Below are positions 1 to 9,292 of a DNA stretch of 64,000 bases, piece after piece. The number at the start of each line of letters is the position of its first letter. The first letter of the stretch is position 1. The position numbers were made by a program, and so were the translations under genes. The notes beneath the pieces are model-generated. The model saw only the letters and a program-made list of their open reading frames with translations. It was not told the origin of the DNA and made no database searches. This stretch comes from Nitrospirota bacterium (GTDB lineage: Bacteria > Nitrospirota > UBA9217), in the NCBI GenBank assembly GCA_963818475.1, contig CAWFSF010000006.1:384001-448000 (forward strand), written 5' to 3'.

Positions 1-26
1 CGCAGTTTGTAACCGCCTAAAAAAAC

Positions 27-80
27 GAGATTGCCGCGTCGCTCCGCTCCTCGCAATGACGGCAGAGGAGACTTCTTACG
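27..80. repeat. REP-like palindrome half plus MITE-like terminal repeat (partial, at window edge)
   Basis: gagattgccgcgtcgctccgctcctcgcaatgac is the reverse complement of a GTCATTGCGAG-type REP half. It is followed by gacttcttacgagaccatcaa, which resembles the end seen at 41926-41946. Confidence 0.55.
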
Positions 81-121
81 AGACCATCAAGCTTCCTTGT
101 CGTGTTGACTGCCTTGTTCCC

Positions 122-847
122 ATGCATTTGCCGCAGAGGATATCATCGAGTATGCTGGAAAAAAACCGAACCTATGGGCTCCTCGTCTTCTCCGCCTTTC
201 TTGTGCTGCTCCTGACACTGGCGACGGTGACGCGGAACCGCGCCTTTCGCGACACCGTCAGTTTCTGGGCGGATGCCACGGAAAAATCGCCGGGAAAGCA
301 GCGGACGCACCATAACTATGGCTGTGCCCTGTCCGATGCCGGTTTGCATGACGCTGCTTTGCGTGAGTTCAGAACGACGCTGGCCATGAAGCCGGACGGG
401 AGCGTACTGTTAGGGTATCTGCTGATCGAGATGGGAATTTCCTATTACCACCTTGAACAGTACGACAATGCCATAAGCACCTGGCAGGAAGCACTGAGGC
501 ATGAACCGGACAACGCCGAAGTGCTCAATGACCTGGCCATGGCGTTCCTCAAAAAGAAGAGATTTGCCGATGCTCGCGCGTATGCGGAACGGGCGCTGAC
601 GATAGATCCATCGATGGCGGACACGTGGAATACACTGGGACAGATCCAGCTTGCCCAGGGTGATCCCGAGGGGGCGATCCGTTCTTTGCTGCTGGCCCTG
701 GAAAAAGAGCCCGACGTGGCATCACGATATTGGGACGTTATCGAGATATTTGAAAAAACAGGCCGCGATGCTTTGGCCCGTGAGTATGCAGACAGGGCGA
801 AAACGCTGGAGCAGGAGGCCTGGTCCAGGCAGCGGGCACTCAAGTGA
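122..847 (+). CDS. Membrane-anchored tetratricopeptide repeat protein (TMTC-like C-terminal module)
   Basis: One TM helix, then an RN..F.D...FW.D..EKSP.K.R motif and several TPRs. The ORF is open from 56, but that start lies inside the repeat, so ATG 122 or 152 is more likely. Confidence 0.8.
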   Translation: MHLPQRISSSMLEKNRTYGLLVFSAFLVLLLTLATVTRNRAFRDTVSFWADATEKSPGKQRTHHNYGCALSDAGLHDAALREFRTTLAMKPDGSVLLGYLLIEMGISYYHLEQYDNAISTWQEALRHEPDNAEVLNDLAMAFLKKKRFADARAYAERALTIDPSMADTWNTLGQIQLAQGDPEGAIRSLLLALEKEPDVASRYWDVIEIFEKTGRDALAREYADRAKTLEQEAWSRQRALK

Positions 848-952
848 AAAACTTTTTGGCCGCAGATTACGCAGATGGACGCAGATTTTAATAACATCAT
901 TCAGGGTTTTGTTTTAACAGGTTATTGAAAAAGGCGAAAAACCACTAGATTT

Positions 953-1022
953 GTCATTCTGAGCGTAGCGAAGAATCTCGGTTTTACAACAACTTCAGAT
1001 CCTTCACTTCGTTCAGGATGAC
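953..1022. repeat. REP-like inverted repeat pair
   Basis: gtcattctgagcgtagcgaagaatct (953-978) pairs with agatccttcacttcgttcaggatgac (997-1022). Confidence 0.75.
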
Positions 1023-1026
1023 CCTT

Positions 1027-1163
1027 TAACAGGTTGTTGAAAAAGTGTTTTGAGTGGTTCGACATGCTCACCACGAACGAATTAAAATCAATCATTTCAA
1101 TGTTCCCTCCGTTCGCCCTGAGCTTGTCGAAGGGTTAATAGAGGGTTTTTCAACAGCCTGCTA
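1027..1163. mobile_element. MITE-like element with 18-bp terminal inverted repeats enclosing a REP-like pair
   Basis: taacaggttgttgaaaaa (1027-1044) and tttttcaacagcctgcta (1146-1163) are 16/18 complementary. Internal ttcgacatgctcaccacgaacg pairs with cgttcgccctgagcttgtcgaa. A second left end, taacaggttattgaaaaa, is at 915-932. Confidence 0.65.
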
Positions 1164-1449
1164 AACCTAAAAACGGCATTTGGACAGGTCAGAATCGGAA
1201 ACATCTGATTACCAGAAGTAGGCGCTTCTAAGCGACGCGGATAAATTCTAAAGCAAAGCTTTATCCGTCCGCTTCACATGGGTTTGACTCACTCCTTCGC
1301 ATCCTACGTTTTCGCGGTCACAATGCCTGCAAATAACTGCAATTTGTTGCGTATACCCTGAAAATACCCTGACTTGAAAAATGAAAATTGAAATCAAATA
1401 CTTGAATGTCCACCATAGCTTTCTGCTCACCTCAAATTAAAATTTTGGA

Positions 1450-1477
1450 TTGACAAAAAAATATAAATAATGATACT
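1450..1477 (+). promoter_or_regulatory. Putative sigma-70 promoter
   Basis: TTGACA-N16-GATACT upstream of RBS aggagggg and ATG 1535. An IHF-like aatcaaatacttg is at about 1392-1404. Confidence 0.45.
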
Positions 1478-1534
1478 GCGCAAAGTCATAATAGGCCGAA
1501 TATCACGCATTCGAAAAATCATCAGGAGGGGACT

Positions 1535-4500
1535 ATGAAAAGGATTGGCTGGTTCGGTATTGTTTGGATCGCAGCATTTTTTGTATGTGCTCTGACCGTT
1601 CACGCAGCTTGGGTGCCATCGGGATTGGAAGGGAAAAATGTTTTGTCCGTTGCTGAAGATCCGACGACGGTGACGGCATGGTTTGCGGGTACGGCAGACG
1701 GAGAACTGTATAAATCAACCGACGGCACAAACTGGGCAGTCTTAAATACGGGCATCCCTGCAGGGGCGGCGATACAAGCCATTACGATCGATCCCGTCAA
1801 TGCTGCAACGATGTACGCGGGCACTGCCGGGCAGGGCGTTTACGTATCGCTTGATGCGGGTAATACCTGGGCCGGTTCCGGACTTGCCGAAATGTCGGTA
1901 CGAAGCATAGAGATAGACCCTTACAATACTTCGATACTGTTTGCAGCCACGAACAGCGGAATATTCAAAAGCATTGATTCCGGCGTGAACTGGCAGCAAA
2001 TTACATCCGCCGCAATCGAATCCACGGATATCAGGAAAATCACTTTTAATCCGCGGGATCTGACATTAACACCCGCTCCCACACAAACGGATATTTTGTA
2101 TTCTGCGGCAACGGGCACGGGCGGTCTGTATAAAAGCACGGACGCGGGCGCGACCTGGACCAAAATCAGTACCGGGCTTTCCAGTCCAAACTTTACCACC
2201 GTCGCAGTAGATCCGAGCCAACCGGCTAATGTATATGCAGGTACAGCCGATGCGGGGATGTATAAGAGCGCAGATGCGGGCAGCACCTGGACGCAGATCA
2301 ACACCGGGCTCGGCAGTCAGAATATATTGAAGATCACCTTTTATCCTTACGGTCCCACGAGCATCCTGGTAGGGACGCAGTCTGAAGGTATTTACCGGAC
2401 GGACACATCCGGCAACAGCTGGTATGTGTGGAATAGTGGAAATGCAGCGACGAAAGTAAATGCAATAATCTTCCTTACGCCGCAGAATAGTTCGATTTTT
2501 GCGGGGACTTCCAACGGGGTGGTTTCTTTCGATAACTTAAAAGCAGATTTGGTCATAACTTCAGTCAGCACGGACGTCTCGACAGCGGAGACGGGCCAAA
2601 CGGTGACGGTGACGGCGACGGTGAAGAACCAGGGCCAGTGGGCCGCAGGCAATTTCTACGTGCCGATCTACCTGTCCACGGACAATGCGATTACGTCTTC
2701 GGACTTGTACGTGACGAATGTATCGGTGATGAGCCTTGCTGCGGGAGCGGAGGCGACGGTGACGGCCGTATTTACGGTGCCGGTGATGAACAGCGGGACG
2801 TACTACGCCGGGGCAATAGCGGACGGGGGTTTTAAAGATTACGGCGTATTGTACGGTAACAACTTCGTGACTGAGTCGGACGAGACGAACAACGCATTAG
2901 CAGGCAACATGATAACGCTTACCCGGCTGTATGCGGATCTCATCATAAAGCCGTCGTCGGTCAGCACGGACGTCTCGACAGCGGAGACGGGCCAAACGGT
3001 GACGGTGACGGCGACGGTGAAGAACCAGGGCCAGTGGGCTGCAGGCAATTTCTACGTGCCGATCTACCTGTCCACGGACAATGCGATTACGTCTTCGGAC
3101 TTGTACGTGACGAATGTATCGGTGATGAGCCTTGCTGCGGGAGCGGAGGCGACGGTGACGGCCGTATTTACGGTGCCGGTGATGAACAGCGGGACGTACT
3201 ACGCCGGGGCAATAGCGGACGGGGGTTTTAAAGATTACGACGTATTGTACGGTAACAACTTCGTGACTGAGTCGGACGAGACGAACAACGCATTAGCAGG
3301 CAACATGATAACGCTTACCCGGCTGTATGCGGATCTCATCATAAAGCCGTCGTCGGTCAGCACGGACGTCTCGACAGCGGAAACGGGCCAAACGGTGACG
3401 GTGACGGCGACGGTGAAGAACCAGGGCCAGTGGGCTGCAGGCAATTTCTACGTGCCGATCTACCTGTCCACGGACAATGCGATTACGTCTTCGGACTTGT
3501 ACGTGACGAATGTATCGGTGATGAGCCTTGCTGCGGGAGCGGAGGCGACGGTGACGGCCGTATTTACGGTGCCGGTGATGAACAGCGGGACGTACTACGC
3601 CGGGGCAATAGCGGACGGGGGTTTTAAAGATTACGACGTATTGTACGGTAACAACTTCGTGACTGAGTCGGACGAGACGAACAACGCATTAGCAGGCAAC
3701 ATGATAACGCTTACCCGGCTGTATGCGGATCTCATCATAAAGCCGTCGTCGGTCAGCACGGACGTCTCGACAGCGGAGACGGGCCAAACGGTGACGGTGA
3801 CGGCGACGGTGAAGAACCAGGGCCAGTGGGCTGCGGGCAATTTCTACGTGCCGATCTACCTGTCCACGGACAATGCGATTACGTCTTCGGACTTGTACGT
3901 GACGAATGTATCGGTGATGAGCCTTGCTGCGGGAGCGGAGGCGACGGTGACGGCCGTATTTACGGTGCCGGTGATGAACAGCGGGACGTACTACGCCGGG
4001 GCAATAGCGGACGGGGGTTTTAAAGATTACGGCGTATTGTACGGTAACAACTTCGTGACTGAGTCGGACGAGACGAACAACACGCTCGCGGGCAACACCA
4101 TAGCTATCGGCACGATCAACTCTTACTTTGTGACTCCCTTCGCAGGGGTTAATGGGGGCATCAGCCCCGCAGCGACTCAGGCAATAGATTCCGGACAAAG
4201 TACGCAGTTCACGATTACGCCGGACACAGGTTATCACATCGCCTCGGTGACCGGGTGCGGGGGTACTCTCGATGGAAGCACTTACACCACAGGCGCGATC
4301 ACGGGTGATTGCACGATCACAGCCGCGTTTGCAATCAACACGTACACGATCACTGCCGGGGCAGGACCCAACGGCACCATCGATCCCGCTGGGAATATCA
4401 CGATGAATCACGGCGAGAACCAGACCTTCGCGATTATACCCGCCGATGCCAGATATCATGTCGCCGATGTTGTGGTTGACGGCGTATCTGTCGGGCCTGT

Positions 4501-5275
4501 GACAAGTTATACGTTCACCAACGTGACCGCAAACCATACGATCTCCGCGACGTTTGCAATTAACACGTACACGATCACTGCCGGGGCAGGACCCAACGGC
4601 ACCATCGATCCCGCTGGGAATATCACGGTGAATCACGGCGAGAACCAGACCTTCGCGATTATACCCGCCGATGCCAGATATCATGTCGCCGATGTTGTGG
4701 TTGACGGCGCATCAGTCGGACCTGTGTCGAGTTACACGTTCACCAACGTGACCGCAAACCATACGATCTCCGCGACGTTTGCGATCAACACGTACACGAT
4801 CGTTGCTGAGGCCGGGGCCAATGGAAGCATCTCCCCCTACGGGAACATCACGGTGACTGACGGTGGCAGCCAGACATTCACGGTCACGCCTGCTTCGGGC
4901 TATAACATTGTTGATGTGCTGGTGGACGGGGTCTCAGTCGGGTCGGTGACTAGCTATACCTTCACAGCCGTGAATGCCGGGCATATTATCTTTGCTTCCT
5001 TTGACCGCGGGGCATCCGGTTCCTGCACGCCGACCATATCGCCCAGGAGCAGTCTATTCAATGGAGCAGGAGGCACAGGCAGTATTACCGTGAACGTGGA
5101 CAGCCAATGCGGCTGGACCGCCGCAAGCGATAACAGCTGGATAACGGTTACGAATGGAAGCGGCACAGGCAGCGCGACCCTGACTTACTCAGTCTCTGAG
5201 AACCAGACGTCGGCTCGCAGGGTCGGCACTATAACCATTTCCGGCCAGACATTTTCAGTCATGCAGCTGCGTTGA
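1535..5275 (+). CDS. Secreted modular surface protein: BNR/Asp-box (Vps10/sortilin-like) beta-propeller, 4x CARDB, InlB-B/Flg_new-like repeats, C-terminal BACON
   Basis: Signal peptide; repeated YKSTDxGxTW Asp-boxes; ADL...TVKNQG...ESDETNN CARDB units; YTITA..GPNGTI.P.G repeats; WTAASDNSWIT...R.GTITI BACON motif. Confidence 0.85.
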   Translation: MKRIGWFGIVWIAAFFVCALTVHAAWVPSGLEGKNVLSVAEDPTTVTAWFAGTADGELYKSTDGTNWAVLNTGIPAGAAIQAITIDPVNAATMYAGTAGQGVYVSLDAGNTWAGSGLAEMSVRSIEIDPYNTSILFAATNSGIFKSIDSGVNWQQITSAAIESTDIRKITFNPRDLTLTPAPTQTDILYSAATGTGGLYKSTDAGATWTKISTGLSSPNFTTVAVDPSQPANVYAGTADAGMYKSADAGSTWTQINTGLGSQNILKITFYPYGPTSILVGTQSEGIYRTDTSGNSWYVWNSGNAATKVNAIIFLTPQNSSIFAGTSNGVVSFDNLKADLVITSVSTDVSTAETGQTVTVTATVKNQGQWAAGNFYVPIYLSTDNAITSSDLYVTNVSVMSLAAGAEATVTAVFTVPVMNSGTYYAGAIADGGFKDYGVLYGNNFVTESDETNNALAGNMITLTRLYADLIIKPSSVSTDVSTAETGQTVTVTATVKNQGQWAAGNFYVPIYLSTDNAITSSDLYVTNVSVMSLAAGAEATVTAVFTVPVMNSGTYYAGAIADGGFKDYDVLYGNNFVTESDETNNALAGNMITLTRLYADLIIKPSSVSTDVSTAETGQTVTVTATVKNQGQWAAGNFYVPIYLSTDNAITSSDLYVTNVSVMSLAAGAEATVTAVFTVPVMNSGTYYAGAIADGGFKDYDVLYGNNFVTESDETNNALAGNMITLTRLYADLIIKPSSVSTDVSTAETGQTVTVTATVKNQGQWAAGNFYVPIYLSTDNAITSSDLYVTNVSVMSLAAGAEATVTAVFTVPVMNSGTYYAGAIADGGFKDYGVLYGNNFVTESDETNNTLAGNTIAIGTINSYFVTPFAGVNGGISPAATQAIDSGQSTQFTITPDTGYHIASVTGCGGTLDGSTYTTGAITGDCTITAAFAINTYTITAGAGPNGTIDPAGNITMNHGENQTFAIIPADARYHVADVVVDGVSVGPVTSYTFTNVTANHTISATFAINTYTITAGAGPNGTIDPAGNITVNHGENQTFAIIPADARYHVADVVVDGASVGPVSSYTFTNVTANHTISATFAINTYTIVAEAGANGSISPYGNITVTDGGSQTFTVTPASGYNIVDVLVDGVSVGSVTSYTFTAVNAGHIIFASFDRGASGSCTPTISPRSSLFNGAGGTGSITVNVDSQCGWTAASDNSWITVTNGSGTGSATLTYSVSENQTSARRVGTITISGQTFSVMQLR
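2564..4081 (+). repeat. Intragenic tandem repeat, 396-bp period, about 4 near-identical copies (CARDB domains)
   Basis: gtcagcacggacgtctcg recurs at 2564, 2960, 3356 and 3752 with only a few substitutions between copies. Confidence 0.95.
4328..4800 (+). repeat. Intragenic tandem repeat, 225-bp period, 2 near-identical copies
   Basis: tttgc.at.aacacgtacacgatc occurs at 4328, 4553 and 4778. Confidence 0.9.
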
Positions 5276-5352
5276 TTTGGAAACTAAAATGTGCTGGATG
5301 TCGAGATTTTGAACACTACTTTTTGTTGAGCTGGAGACCGTAAATCACAAAT

Positions 5353-5387
5353 GAAGCGCCCTCGCTAGTCGGGGGCGCTTCTGTTTT
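5353..5387 (+). terminator. Rho-independent terminator
   Basis: gaagcgccctcg-ctagt-cgggggcgcttc followed by tgtttt. Confidence 0.7.
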
Positions 5388-5439
5388 GGTGTGCTGAGCA
5401 TGTTCGAGAGCTTGGAGTTTGCAAGTCCTCTACCCAGCC

Positions 5440-5556
5440 TGGGCAAAAATGAGCAGGCTGTGCGCATTATCGCTCATTGCGATAGCCTTTACAGTCACTA
5501 CCATTTTAAATTATTATTGTTTTTCAATTAATTACTACTATGGCACGGGTATTGCT
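5440..5556 (+). promoter_or_regulatory. Sigma-54 promoter with upstream palindromic activator sites
   Basis: TGGCAC-GGGTA-TTGCT at 5541-5556 is a perfect -24/-12 consensus. TGCGCATTATCGCTCA is at 5461-5476, with a weaker site 21 bp upstream. IHF-like tttcaattaatta is at 5522-5534. Confidence 0.8.
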
Positions 5557-5810
5557 TAATTTACCCTACTATTGATACTTTAGTCCGTCATTGTTGAAGT
5601 TGCTGGAAAAATTCCCGCCAGAATACTGGCGAAATTGAATCCAAAAACAGAAATTATCGTGAAAGGGGGCGATAGCTGCCTGTGGCAGCAACATCATTTT
5701 CTTTAGCATGAAGGTGGCAGCTTTGTTATTTTTGATAAGGTCCGGCAAGTATTAAGGGCGGGGGATCAGAATTTTTTAGTTGTAAACTAAACCTGATAAC
5801 GAGGGAAAAA

Positions 5811-6479
5811 ATGAAAAAAATGATCGTTGTAACAGTAGCACTGGCTTTTGTGCTCTTGAGCGCCGGAGCGGCACTGGCCGCTCTCGCGGGCAGCAAGCAC
5901 GACATGAGGACCTACCTGACAGGTCAGACGGGTGGATACGACGAAGTCTGCGTCTATTGCCACACGCCGCACAGCGCATCAATGACAGCTCAGCTCTGGA
6001 ACCATACGGCTTCCTCAGTAGGTTCCTACCAGACCTATACAAACACCTGGGGAACCTTGCAATCCGTTCCAGGAACCCCCGGCAATGGGTCGCTGCTCTG
6101 CTTAAGCTGTCATGACGGCACCGTTGCTGTTGATAACCTGGTCAATCCGCCGAACAGCGGCTCCCAGGGGAGTAATGACGGCGGCGGCGAACTTAATGCT
6201 TCTAAATATATCACTTCCGGAAGAGCTTCAAATTTTAGCACCGATCTCAGGAACGACCACCCGATCGGCTTCGCGTATAACGCCTCCCTCGTAACTAACG
6301 ACGGCGGACTTGTTGATGCGAATACCGTTGGAAATAGCACCTATGTGCGTATTATCAATGGTATTGGCGGTACTGTAGAGTGTGCAACCTGCCACGATGC
6401 TCACAATACAACGGTTCCACCGTTCCTGCGGAGCTCCAACGCGGCATCAGCGCTCTGCACCCGTTGCCACACTAAGTAA
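5811..6479 (+). CDS. Tetraheme c-type cytochrome, OmcE-like (doubled CXXCH family)
   Basis: Signal peptide, then SKHD...CVYCHTPH...LWN...CLSCHDG...DLRNDHP...ECATCHDAH...PFLR...LCTRCHTK. This is the motif order I recall for Geobacter OmcE. Confidence 0.88.
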   Translation: MKKMIVVTVALAFVLLSAGAALAALAGSKHDMRTYLTGQTGGYDEVCVYCHTPHSASMTAQLWNHTASSVGSYQTYTNTWGTLQSVPGTPGNGSLLCLSCHDGTVAVDNLVNPPNSGSQGSNDGGGELNASKYITSGRASNFSTDLRNDHPIGFAYNASLVTNDGGLVDANTVGNSTYVRIINGIGGTVECATCHDAHNTTVPPFLRSSNAASALCTRCHTK

Positions 6480-6504
6480 GCAGAAGATACGAATGTTACA
6501 GTTC

Positions 6505-6534
6505 AAGAGGGGAGGAGACTCCCCTCTTTTTTTT
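6505..6534 (+). terminator. Rho-independent terminator
   Basis: aagaggggag-GAGA-ctcccctctt followed by a T tract. Confidence 0.85.
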
Positions 6535-6940
6535 GGATTATGGCAGGTCGTTTGGCGCGGCAAAAGGTACTAAAAAAGTTTTGACTTTACTGTGACGGAG
6601 TGATAATCTGCTACGCTGGGTTGTAATTGAGGCGTGTAAATGGAGTTATGAATCATCCTTAAACGTTATTGCCATTGCGATGTGGAGCAGCTTCCATAGC
6701 CCAAAGCAGGATCGGTCGGGGTAAACCAGGACACTACAGGATGCGTACGCAGCGCCCTCGTTTATCGGGGGTTGTAAGGCGGCTAATTGTAACAATTGTA
6801 CCGCGGCGCCTCGTAGAAAAAGAGTATTGGGTTATGATTTCATTTCACTCGTAGGAAGAAGTTCATACACGCCCAAGCTCCCTGTATTCCCCGTATCCAT
6901 CTCTGGTCAACTGCCGTTATCAGATTCAAGAGGAATAGAA

Positions 6941-8002
6941 ATGCCTATTCGTGCGATACTTATACTTCTGATGCTTCTCGCTGGATGCGCGACAAAAGCG
7001 CCGCAACAAGAGCTGCTCGCGTGGCCTTCGCTGCCGGCTCTGCCGCGGGTCGCCTATGTGGCGAGCTACCGGGGATCGATCGATTTTTTCAAGCCCAAGT
7101 TTTGGGATAGTATTTTGGGGAGCGACGAAGTAAGAAAAAAAGACCTCAACAAGCCCTTTGGCGTGTCTGTGTATGGCGACAGAATTTATGTTTCCGATAC
7201 AGGGTTCGGCTATGTCGCCGTGATTGACACAAAAGAACGGAAGGTGTCCTACCTCGGCGCCAGCGGGAGGGCTGTTTTGAAACAGCCCTTTGGGGTCGCA
7301 GCTGCAGCTGATGGGACGATCTATGTTGCCGACGGAAAGCAGAAAAGTATCTACGCATTTAACCAGAACGGCGAGCTCCTGTCGGCTTTTGGCGATACCG
7401 GTGAGTTCAGCAGGCCGGCAGGGATCGCTGTCAACAGCGGACTGGGAAGGCTCTATGTGTGTGATGTTGCGGCGAACGCGGTCTTTGCCTTCTCCCTTAA
7501 GGGGGAGCGACTCTTCGAGTTTAAAAAAGGGGAGGAATCCGGAGACGGGGTTTTCAATTCGCCGACCCACATTGCCATTGACCGGAGAAATGGAAATGTG
7601 CTTGTTGCTGATACAAATAATTTCAGGGTGCAGGTTTTTGACAAAGACGGTACCTACTTGAGGAAATTCGGGCAGCTGGGCGACGGTCCCGGAGATTTCA
7701 GCAGGCCCAAGGGCATCGCTGTCGACTCCGAAGGCCATGTTTATGTGGCAGATGCGGCTTTTAATAATTTCCAGATATTCGATGACATGGGCCGGCTGCT
7801 GCTGACCGTAGGGCAACTGGGCAACGGAGCTGGAAATTTTCTACTGCCTGGCGGCATGTATATTGACGGTCAAGACAGGATCTATGTCGCTGATACCCTT
7901 AACAGGAGGGTCGAGGTGTTTCAATACATGAGCGATTCCTGGCAGCTGGCGCATCCTGAGGAGTTCAAAAAATACCTGCTTCCCGATACTGTGGCAGAGT
8001 GA
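6941..8002 (+). CDS. NHL-repeat (6-bladed beta-propeller) lipoprotein
   Basis: RBS gagga before ATG 6941; lipobox LAGC; repeated F..P.GIAVD..G.IYVAD..N.R.QVFD units. Confidence 0.88.
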   Translation: MPIRAILILLMLLAGCATKAPQQELLAWPSLPALPRVAYVASYRGSIDFFKPKFWDSILGSDEVRKKDLNKPFGVSVYGDRIYVSDTGFGYVAVIDTKERKVSYLGASGRAVLKQPFGVAAAADGTIYVADGKQKSIYAFNQNGELLSAFGDTGEFSRPAGIAVNSGLGRLYVCDVAANAVFAFSLKGERLFEFKKGEESGDGVFNSPTHIAIDRRNGNVLVADTNNFRVQVFDKDGTYLRKFGQLGDGPGDFSRPKGIAVDSEGHVYVADAAFNNFQIFDDMGRLLLTVGQLGNGAGNFLLPGGMYIDGQDRIYVADTLNRRVEVFQYMSDSWQLAHPEEFKKYLLPDTVAE

Positions 8003-8053
8003 CAGGTTCTCGCCACCTGAAGAGGTTGAAACTCTTGTGCTGCATATCCGCTA

Positions 8054-8081
8054 GTAGAGGCGGGTTTAAAACCCGACCCTC
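8054..8081. repeat. GTAG-type REP-like palindrome
   Basis: gtagaggcgggtttaaaacccgaccct lies in the gap between the NHL and PPIase genes. Confidence 0.45.
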
Positions 8082-8124
8082 CCTTCTGTCCATTTTTTGC
8101 GCCTGGTGTCGGGACTGGGGTAGT

Positions 8125-9045
8125 ATGAATAAATTATTATTAGTACTTATCATGCTTTTTTATGCGTTCCCACTGCAGGCCGACGGCAATGTGGTTGCAA
8201 GGGTTAACGGTGCTGCAATTTACTCGTTGCAGCTTGATATTGCTGTGCGTCAGCTTATCACCACCTCTACATTTCATGGGAGTCTTTCTGATGAAAAACG
8301 CCATGAATTCCAGGAACAGGCCCTTCAGGATCTTATCATCCGCGAACTGAAATATCAGGATGCAGTGGCTCGAGGATTTAATCCTGATAAAAATCTGGTA
8401 AAAACAAAGATAGCGGAAATTAAGAACAAATTTAATTCTGGAAAGGAATATAGAAAAGCGCTGTCCGAAGCAGGGCTTTCGGAAGACGATATACGCTCAG
8501 ATGTGGAAAAGAACCTTGTTATCGAAGGCGCGATCAATAAAATCGTAGTGGACGCGGCACGCTGGAATGATGCCGAGCTCAAGGCGTACTACGATTCGAA
8601 TGCCGATAAATTTACGCAACCGGAAAGCGTAAAACTGAGGATCATATCGTGTGCGGCTGAAAAAAAAGCAGCTGAGGCGTTGACCTTGATACGTTCAAAC
8701 GAAGCTTTTGGTGCGGTCGCAGCCAAAATGTCCGAGGATAATTATCGGACAAGGGGGGGCGATATCGGATATATTCATCGGGACAGGATCTACCCGGAGC
8801 TGGAAAACGAAGCTTTCAGGATGAAGCCGGGAGAGGTGAGCGGTCTGATACGCGCTGAAGGAATGTGGTTCATCATCAAGGTCGAAGAGAAAATCCCCGA
8901 GCGCCGGATCGCATTCGAGGAGGCAAAGGATAAACTCAAAAAAGAGCTCGAGGCAAGACGTTCCACTGAGATGCTCGAGAAATGGAGCCAGGAACTCAGG
9001 GCAAAGGCAAAGATAGAAATTCTGCTTAACAACGAAAAAAAATAA
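8125..9045 (+). CDS. Periplasmic peptidyl-prolyl isomerase/chaperone (SurA-N + PpiC/parvulin)
   Basis: Signal peptide from ATG 8125; VVARVNG..I; F..VA.KMSED.....GGDIG; AF.MKPGEVS..I....WFIIKV. Confidence 0.88.
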   Translation: MNKLLLVLIMLFYAFPLQADGNVVARVNGAAIYSLQLDIAVRQLITTSTFHGSLSDEKRHEFQEQALQDLIIRELKYQDAVARGFNPDKNLVKTKIAEIKNKFNSGKEYRKALSEAGLSEDDIRSDVEKNLVIEGAINKIVVDAARWNDAELKAYYDSNADKFTQPESVKLRIISCAAEKKAAEALTLIRSNEAFGAVAAKMSEDNYRTRGGDIGYIHRDRIYPELENEAFRMKPGEVSGLIRAEGMWFIIKVEEKIPERRIAFEEAKDKLKKELEARRSTEMLEKWSQELRAKAKIEILLNNEKK

Positions 9046-9156
9046 AAGAGGTACCTGGCGGCGAATGAATTATCTTATGGCGAAAGCAGGCGTAACCCCT
9101 CATATTTAGTATCCCTCCCCAATAAATTCTCCTTCTGTATGGTTCGTGCTCTATGG

Positions 9157-9258
9157 TGAGCGAATGTGCGCACGACGTTGCATTTCCCATTGATTAGTAA
9201 TGATAACTAATTGAAATGTAATAAAAATTTTACGGCTATTATAGGCATGTTAATTGCT
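9157..9258 (+). promoter_or_regulatory. Sigma-54 promoter with upstream palindrome
   Basis: AGGCAT-GTTAA-TTGCT at 9243-9258; TGAGCGAATGTGCGCA at 9157-9172; IHF-like site at 9204-9216. Confidence 0.65.
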
Positions 9259-9292
9259 TGTATATCTATAGTAGAAATACTGCGACTACATC

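Noticed and set aside
2564-4081. Diversity-generating retroelement template/variable repeats
   Set aside because: No reverse transcriptase is present, and the repeats are tandem in-frame domains with very few differences.
5560-5810. Cyclic-dinucleotide (GEMM) riboswitch in the cytochrome leader
   Set aside because: Expected by analogy with Geobacter omc genes, but I could not find the conserved GEMM motifs here or at 6600-6940. A covariance-model scan would settle it.
6827-8124. Longer starts for the NHL (6827) and PPIase (7999) ORFs
   Set aside because: The signal peptides and RBS fit ATG 6941 and ATG 8125. The PPIase extension runs through a REP-like hairpin.
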